DNA of 64,000 nucleotides from Candidatus Cloacimonadales bacterium. GTDB lineage: Bacteria > Cloacimonadota > Cloacimonadia > Cloacimonadales > JAIOQZ01. The stretch is from assembly GCA_963662655.2 (NCBI GenBank), contig CAXXTU010000002.1:3072001-3136000 (forward strand). Direction: 5' to 3'. The notes beneath the pieces were generated by a model that saw nothing but the letters and a program-made list of their open reading frames with translations, did no database searches and was not told where the DNA came from. The first letter of the stretch is position 1. Each line of letters opens with the position of its first letter. The translations under genes and the position numbers were made by a program. Below are positions 58,834-64,000 of the stretch, in pieces.

Positions 58834-59725
58834 GGAATCACCCAACCACGGCGGGAAATTCGGTTACGGATTCTTCCATGTCCTCATCCGACTGGTAGGC
58901 CCGTATCCGGCGTATTTCTTCGCGGCGTTCCTGATCCCGTATTACCTGATGAAGGTGTGGTTCTCCTCATCGTCTCCGCGATTCTATCTGAAGAAAAGAT
59001 TCCCCGGTAAACCGGCGGTTGTCCGCTTCTTACTGGGTGGCAAATACCTTCATGAGTTCTCGAAGATTCTGATTGATCAGGCGTGCATGGGTATCCTCGG
59101 ACCGGGAAAATTCCGCATCGAATTCCCTTACTGGGAAGAGCTTTACGCCCTCTCGCAAGAGAAGGACGGCATGGTGCTGCTGACCACCCACTCGGGGACT
59201 TGGCTGGCTGCCATGGCTTCCATGAACCACCTGGACAAGCCGGTCAATTTCCTCCTGCGCGTTCAGGAGCACGACCGCGGTAAGTACTTCTTCGATCTGG
59301 CCAAGGAGAAGGGCATCAAGATTATCTCTCCGGACGGACTCTTCGGCGGCCTGGTGGAATCGGTCAATATGCTCAAGCAAGGCGAATGCGTGTCCATTAT
59401 GGGCGATCGCGCCTGGGGATCGCGCACACGAAAAAGCAGGTTCCTCGGTCACGAAGCGGCTTTCCCCATCACGCCCTACTATCTGACCGTCTCCAGCGAT
59501 GCGCGCCTGGTGATGTTCCTCACCGTACGTACCGGGTCTCTGGCTTTCCGCATCGATCACTACGTCCTCAACGACGAGATCGATCCCGCGCTGACACGCG
59601 ATGGAAAAATGGATGCGCTCTTCGAGCGATATGTTTACCATCTGGAAGAATACGTGAGCGCTTACCCGTTCATGTGGCTGAATTTCTTCGATTTCTGGAG
59701 CGACGACAAAGGCGCGAAGGAGTAA
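58820..59725 (+). CDS. lipid A lauroyl/LpxL-like acyltransferase of aryl-polyene-type clusters
   Basis: 'LLTTHSGTW', 'V.IMGDR', 'FLG.EA.FP..PY', 'YP.MW.NFFDFW'. Confidence 0.82.
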   Translation: MSERKESPNHGGKFGYGFFHVLIRLVGPYPAYFFAAFLIPYYLMKVWFSSSSPRFYLKKRFPGKPAVVRFLLGGKYLHEFSKILIDQACMGILGPGKFRIEFPYWEELYALSQEKDGMVLLTTHSGTWLAAMASMNHLDKPVNFLLRVQEHDRGKYFFDLAKEKGIKIISPDGLFGGLVESVNMLKQGECVSIMGDRAWGSRTRKSRFLGHEAAFPITPYYLTVSSDARLVMFLTVRTGSLAFRIDHYVLNDEIDPALTRDGKMDALFERYVYHLEEYVSAYPFMWLNFFDFWSDDKGAKE

Positions 59726-59727
59726 GA

Positions 59728-60291
59728 GTGAAAATTATCTACCTGCACGGATTCTGCTCGTCGGGACAAAGCTTCAAGGCGCGTGTACTGAGAGAAAACC
59801 TTCCCCGGCACGAGATTATCTCACCCGACTTACCCGATGCCCCCCTCGACGCGATTCGATTCATAGAGGACATGCTTTCCATAGGCCCCGATCTCATTAC
59901 CGGGTCCAGCCTGGGCGGGTTCTATTCGCTCTATTTCGGAATCGTGCACAAAATCCCCGCAGTAATGATCAATCCAGCCCTGGATCCGTGGGAGAAGCTC
60001 TCCTACGCGATCGGCATGCACAAGCGGCTTTACTCGGACAATCTCTTCGAATTCAGGATGGAATACATGGATCAGCTCAAGGAGATTGACCGGAGAATCA
60101 ACGAATCCACGTGTGACCAGAACCTTCTGCACTTCCTGCTCGCCACCGACGACGCGCTCTTCGATCACAATAAGGTGCCGCAGCGATACCCCGAAGCAGC
60201 CACGATCGAGTTTTTCGATGGGGTCGCGCATGATTTCATCGGCTTCGAGAAGACATTGCCGTATTATCAGAATATTGTAAAAAGCCTGTAG
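59728..60291 (+). CDS. YqiA/UPF0227-like alpha/beta-hydrolase (esterase), GTG start
   Basis: 'IIYLHGF.SS..S.KA', 'GSSLGGFY', 'INPA', 'H.F'. Confidence 0.85.
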   Translation: MKIIYLHGFCSSGQSFKARVLRENLPRHEIISPDLPDAPLDAIRFIEDMLSIGPDLITGSSLGGFYSLYFGIVHKIPAVMINPALDPWEKLSYAIGMHKRLYSDNLFEFRMEYMDQLKEIDRRINESTCDQNLLHFLLATDDALFDHNKVPQRYPEAATIEFFDGVAHDFIGFEKTLPYYQNIVKSL

Positions 60292-60685
60292 AAATAGGCA
60301 ATATCCTCCTGCACACTCTGTTCATATTCGTACAATATCCGTACGGCCTTCGACGCCTTTACAATACCTCGAAATCCTCAATCATCGGCTACCAAACGGA
60401 TTAGCCTTTTGGAACAAGGAATGCATCTATGATTGTCAGATCCTTTACTCTATCATTTGTTTATCAGGTTGCCTGCGTGGTCGTTGTGTCGGTAAATTTT
60501 TGAAGATCCTCCTCGACAATTTTCAGAAGCTTCAACCGACAATAATCCCCAATCCACCTAATCCCAAAAACGACGATCCGGAAAGGCAACCTTTTTTTTT
60601 CCGGCATCTCTGCTTAAAATTATCGATTTGATTGACAGTTCCAATGTCTATGCCATACAAAGACATTACGTTTGGGAGGATAATC

Positions 60686-61042
60686 ATGTTTGAACTGCCC
60701 TGGTTCATTATCACCGTAGTCGGATGTTTGCTTGTCGGTTTCTTCGTTACCATCTATCTCATGCGAAGAAAAGGCTACAAGCCAACACCGAACTACCGCG
60801 CGCTGTTTATCATCGGTATCGCGATCATCGTTGTCGGCATGAGCGGAAAGAACATTCCCTTGAGCGGTCTGGGGCTCATCTACATGGCCATCGGGCTTTT
60901 CAACCGCAAAAAATGGGGGGAACAAACCAAGTGGCGCGATCTTCCACCGGCGATGCGAAGGTTCAAGATAGGTATTATTATCGTGCTGGGATTGCTGGTC
61001 GTATTGGGCGTTGTATTCTATCTATTGCAGATGTACCATTAG
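60686..61042 (+). CDS. small integral membrane protein
   Basis: GGAGG RBS, about four hydrophobic segments, 'NYRALFIIG', 'GL.NRKKW'. Confidence 0.7.
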   Translation: MFELPWFIITVVGCLLVGFFVTIYLMRRKGYKPTPNYRALFIIGIAIIVVGMSGKNIPLSGLGLIYMAIGLFNRKKWGEQTKWRDLPPAMRRFKIGIIIVLGLLVVLGVVFYLLQMYH

Positions 61043-62082
61043 GAGAGCGAATTCAGTAACTGAGACAGGGCTTCCTGATTTTCCACTTCAAACCTCACCG
61101 CTACAATAGCGAGCGGCAGGTGGCTCAATTCCAATTGCGAGAGCTTGGCCCAGTCCTTCTCCGTGGTGAGGATCATATCGCAGCCGTGTGCGGCGAGCTC
61201 CTTTTCCAGGCGTGGGATAAAGCCGGGTTGTGTGTAATCGTAGTGATCACCCATTGCGAGGTGATGCTTGAAGTCGATATCGTTGCCTCGCATGGTTTGC
61301 TCGAACGACGATGGATTCCCGATCCCCGATAGCAGCAAGACCTTCTTCTTGCGAACATCCTCCAACGCAATCTCGTTTCCGTCCGCTCCGTAGATTCTAT
61401 CCAGCCGATTTTCGCCCCGCAACACCGGTTTGTTCCATTGATTGCACGGTGGATTCCAGTCACCGCCGTTGATGACGATGCAGTCCGCGTGTTTCAGCGA
61501 GGAAAGTGGTTCGCGCAGGATTCCCGCAGGCAGGACAAATCCGTTTCCGGCTCCTCTTGGGCCGAACACCACGAACATCAAGTCTTTGCTCACCTTCAGG
61601 TGTTGGAAGGAATCGTCCAGCAGGATGCAATCGATCTGGGGCATCGCGTTCATCAGCATAGCGATGGAGTTTCTCCTTTTCGCACCGACCGCAACCGGAA
61701 CGCCGGGGAGTTTTTCCGCCAGCATGCGGGCCTCATCACCGGCTTCCACAGCCTCGGGGAGCACTTCTTGCATATTGGAGATGATGCGGTTATTATATTC
61801 GAACTTACCTCGGTAGCCTCGCAGGCAGATCGCCGGATGCTTGCCGTTCTCCTTCAGATAGCCGGCAAGAAACATGGTGAAGGGCGTTTTTCCGCTTCCG
61901 CCGGAAACAACGTTTCCGATCCCGATAACGCGAGGCGCATTGGGGATCGGCGACGGAGGCTTAAGTCGATAGAAAAGCCTGCGTATGGATTGCACGAGAG
62001 CGTAGAGAAGCGATAGCGGATACAGCGCGCAGGAGAGGACCGAGCGTTGGTAGAGGTGGCTCTGGATGAATTTCTGGCTCAT
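61039..62082 (-). CDS. lpxK: tetraacyldisaccharide 4'-kinase
   Basis: 'IGNVVSGGSGKTP', 'RGYRG', 'GDEA', 'LDDSFQH', 'LPAGILRE', 'GIGNP', 'DH', 'TTEKD'. Confidence 0.93.
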   Translation of the reverse strand: MSQKFIQSHLYQRSVLSCALYPLSLLYALVQSIRRLFYRLKPPSPIPNAPRVIGIGNVVSGGSGKTPFTMFLAGYLKENGKHPAICLRGYRGKFEYNNRIISNMQEVLPEAVEAGDEARMLAEKLPGVPVAVGAKRRNSIAMLMNAMPQIDCILLDDSFQHLKVSKDLMFVVFGPRGAGNGFVLPAGILREPLSSLKHADCIVINGGDWNPPCNQWNKPVLRGENRLDRIYGADGNEIALEDVRKKKVLLLSGIGNPSSFEQTMRGNDIDFKHHLAMGDHYDYTQPGFIPRLEKELAAHGCDMILTTEKDWAKLSQLELSHLPLAIVAVRFEVENQEALSQLLNSLS

Positions 62083-62092
62083 GCCCTTTCCG

Positions 62093-62599
62093 TCAGTGCT
62101 CAATGCCCTCGCGAGCGGGGACGCCTTGCGCAAAGTAGTGTTTGATCTCGCGCATCTCGGTGACGAGGTCGGCGCGGTCGATCACTACCTGGCGAGCGTA
62201 TCGGCCCGTCATCACGAGCTCAGCTTCCGTGGGAATATTCATCAGTTCGAGCTGCTTTTCCACCGGCAGGAGCTTCCACTCGACCGCCACGTTGATCTCG
62301 TCGATGACAATGAGATCGTATGAGCCGGACCGGATCGCGTCCTTCGCCTTCGAGAATGCCAATTCCGCTTCCTCGAAATCGATGGGAGCCGGATGGTTCG
62401 GATCGATCAGCTTGTCCGTTCCGAATTGGAACACGTCGATCCCGTCGATCTTCTCCAGCATGCGGATTTCGCCATACTCCCAGTTTTTCTTCATGAACTG
62501 GATCAGGCAGACTCTTTTCCCGCGCCCGAGCGCCCGGATCGAAAGTCCCAGAGAAGCGGTGGTTTTCCCTTTTCCGTTTCCCGTATAAACGTGAATCAA
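62093..62599 (-). CDS. cobO: cob(I)yrinic acid a,c-diamide adenosyltransferase (BtuR/CobO)
   Basis: 'YTGNGKGKTTA.LG', 'QFMK', 'DEIN', 'TGR', 'ADLVTEM..IKH', 'GIE'. Confidence 0.9.
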   Translation of the reverse strand: MIHVYTGNGKGKTTASLGLSIRALGRGKRVCLIQFMKKNWEYGEIRMLEKIDGIDVFQFGTDKLIDPNHPAPIDFEEAELAFSKAKDAIRSGSYDLIVIDEINVAVEWKLLPVEKQLELMNIPTEAELVMTGRYARQVVIDRADLVTEMREIKHYFAQGVPAREGIEH

Positions 62600-62678
62600 A
62601 ATGTCCTCCTGAAAGGAAAATGAAAGCGCCGGGTTCCGCTCATTGCAGACACCCGGCTATTAAATCGGATTATTGAGC

Positions 62679-63131
62679 TCAATTGTCTTTGAGGATCTCT
62701 TCGTCGTAGATTTTCTCGAAACGAAGCTTGTGCTGGGCTTCTTCCGCCGCGATGCGAAGCAGAACCGCCGAGAGATCGGCATCGTCTACCTGACCCGCAA
62801 GATATTCGTAGAGCGCTTTCGATTTCTCTTCGCGCTTCATCGCGGTGACGATGATATCCTGATAGGTCATTTGCGCCGTTGGTTTCGCTTCAACCAGATA
62901 CTCGCTGATCTGAAGAGTCGGAACCTTTCCTACAGACTTTTCTGAGGTACCTTTCGAGCGAATGCCTTCGAGTACTCGAATGTGGCCGCGCTCCATATCT
63001 TCAAGCTCCGCCAGCATGATTTTCTGGGCAGCGAATTTCGCGATGTCCTGTAAATCGTTATAGAATTGAACCGCTTCTTTCTCGCGTTCTACCGCAAAAT
63101 CGATCACTTCGTTGAATTCTTTCGTTGTCAT
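62679..63131 (-). CDS. ferritin-like/rubrerythrin-domain protein
   Basis: Two diiron units 'E..A..FY...E..H' and 'E......Y...EE..H'. Confidence 0.85.
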   Translation of the reverse strand: MTTKEFNEVIDFAVEREKEAVQFYNDLQDIAKFAAQKIMLAELEDMERGHIRVLEGIRSKGTSEKSVGKVPTLQISEYLVEAKPTAQMTYQDIIVTAMKREEKSKALYEYLAGQVDDADLSAVLLRIAAEEAQHKLRFEKIYDEEILKDN

Positions 63132-63291
63132 AAAGATACTCCTTTATTCTTTTACTGATATCATTTTTGGTAACCATTTATAATAAACTCGATCTCATCG
63201 TTCAAGGCATTTCTGTAAATGTTTTTTTTAAAAGGCCAGTTTCATAAATATCACCCTGGTCAGCAAGGGGCTGTATGCAATACCATCTCAC

Positions 63292-63316
63292 TGTCACCCT
63301 GAGCGTAGTCGAAGGG
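63292..63316 (+). repeat. short REP-like repeat
   Basis: TGTCACCCTGAGCGTAGTCGAAGGG. Confidence 0.75.
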
Positions 63317-63465
63317 TCATTCAATATCGTTTCCCTTATATCGTTTCACGTATTTCAGGTAATGGATATAGTTATCCTCTAACATGCTACAGGGCCCCAA
63401 AAGGGAATGTCCTGCTGCAAAATCCCTCTGAATCCTTTCCGCGAAAGGAGATTTTCGATTAAAAT

Positions 63466-63585
63466 TCCGCTAACATGATTTCGTTGAACGAAATCACAAC
63501 GCTCATGTTTTCGTTTTGACTATGTCAAAGCCGAAAAAGGCTTAAGTTCGAAGTTTTTGTTTTTGCTTCGCAAAAGCCGAAAATA
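63466..63585 (-). repeat. second repeat family, free-standing copy of the insert found in hairpin copy 4
   Basis: Reverse complement shares TATTTTCGGCTTT(T)GCGAAGC and CGAAAACATGAGCGTTGTGATTTC..GAAATCATGTTAGCGGA with 33808-33879. Confidence 0.8.
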
Positions 63586-63611
63586 AAAGCCGCCGGCTTT
63601 CACCGACGGCT
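63585..63611 (-). terminator. intrinsic terminator after rubredoxin
   Basis: AGCCGTCGG-TGAAAG-CCGGCGGCT-TTTATTTT on the minus strand. Confidence 0.7.
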
Positions 63612-63621
63612 CCAAATGTTA

Positions 63622-63762
63622 TTAGTCGATAGGACTGAACATATCCTTGCCGACTCCGCATTCCGGGCATACCCAATCTTCGGGAAGATCGTCGAAAGCC
63701 ACGTTATCGTTCTCGGCTGGATCGTAGATGTATCCACATGCGTCGCATACGTATTTCTGCAT
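63622..63762 (-). CDS. rubredoxin
   Basis: '[15 protein letters not shown]...[14 protein letters not shown]'; GGAGG RBS. Confidence 0.95.
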   Translation of the reverse strand: MQKYVCDACGYIYDPAENDNVAFDDLPEDWVCPECGVGKDMFSPID

Positions 63763-63788
63763 TGTTTCCTCCTGTATTTTCTGAGATA

Positions 63789-64000
63789 TTAATAGTTCTC
63801 TATCCAAACTTCAAAGTAGCTCTTGGGATGAAGGCATACCGGGCATTTTTCCGGCGCTTCAATCGACTCGACGATGTGACCGCAGTTGAGGCATTTCCAG
63901 AAGACTTTTCCGTCTTTCTTGAACACTTCGTGATTCTTGATGTTCGCAAGCAGCTTGCGATAGCGGTCCTCGTGACGAACCTCGACGAGTGCGACCAGGC
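63789..64000 (-). CDS. rbr: rubrerythrin, C-terminal part (runs off the window; not in the ORF track)
   Basis: Manual translation: [20 protein letters not shown]...VFKK....WKCLNCGHI.....[16 protein letters not shown]. Confidence 0.9.
   Translation of the reverse strand, partial: LVALVEVRHEDRYRKLLANIKNHEVFKKDGKVFWKCLNCGHIVESIEAPEKCPVCLHPKSYFEVWIENY

Noticed and set aside
1..64000. tRNA, rRNA, transposase, integrase or prophage genes
   Set aside because: None recognised in the intergenic regions or the ORF track.

Overview
A GC-rich bacterial chromosomal window. The organism is probably an anaerobic diderm of the Cloacimonadota/FCB type. This is inferred from several secreted proteins ending in an 'NYPNPFNP' FlgD-Ig/T9SS-type-A-like C-terminal domain, plus lpxK, rubredoxin/rubrerythrin and a TPR-sigma54 activator. 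Contents in order: (1) an LhgO-like oxidase, panC and panD; (2) glycosyltransferases resembling a flagellin-glycosylation locus; (3) an AT-rich higBA toxin-antitoxin insert; (4) large secreted proteins (M1 peptidase, LVIVD protein, a cohesin/dockerin pair); (5) flhB-flhA without other flagellar genes, then tsaD; (6) an AT-rich two-gene island encoding a Cap15-like 2TM/beta-barrel protein coupled to a catalytically degenerate SDR, a candidate new defence module; (7) queH; (8) an ~18.7 kb type II FAS/PKS cluster of the aryl-polyene/ladderane-like type, with three KS, ACP, an ammonia-lyase, a CoA ligase, a desaturase-like flavoprotein and three B12-radical-SAM genes, one broken by two compensating frameshifts; (9) lpxK, cobO and oxidative-stress genes. 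Non-coding DNA holds four dispersed copies of a 126-182 nt rod-like hairpin with compensatory base changes (candidate novel structured RNA or miniature mobile element), a second element nested in one copy, and short REP-like repeats that also sit in-frame inside genes. All calls come from motif recognition by eye; no database searches were run.
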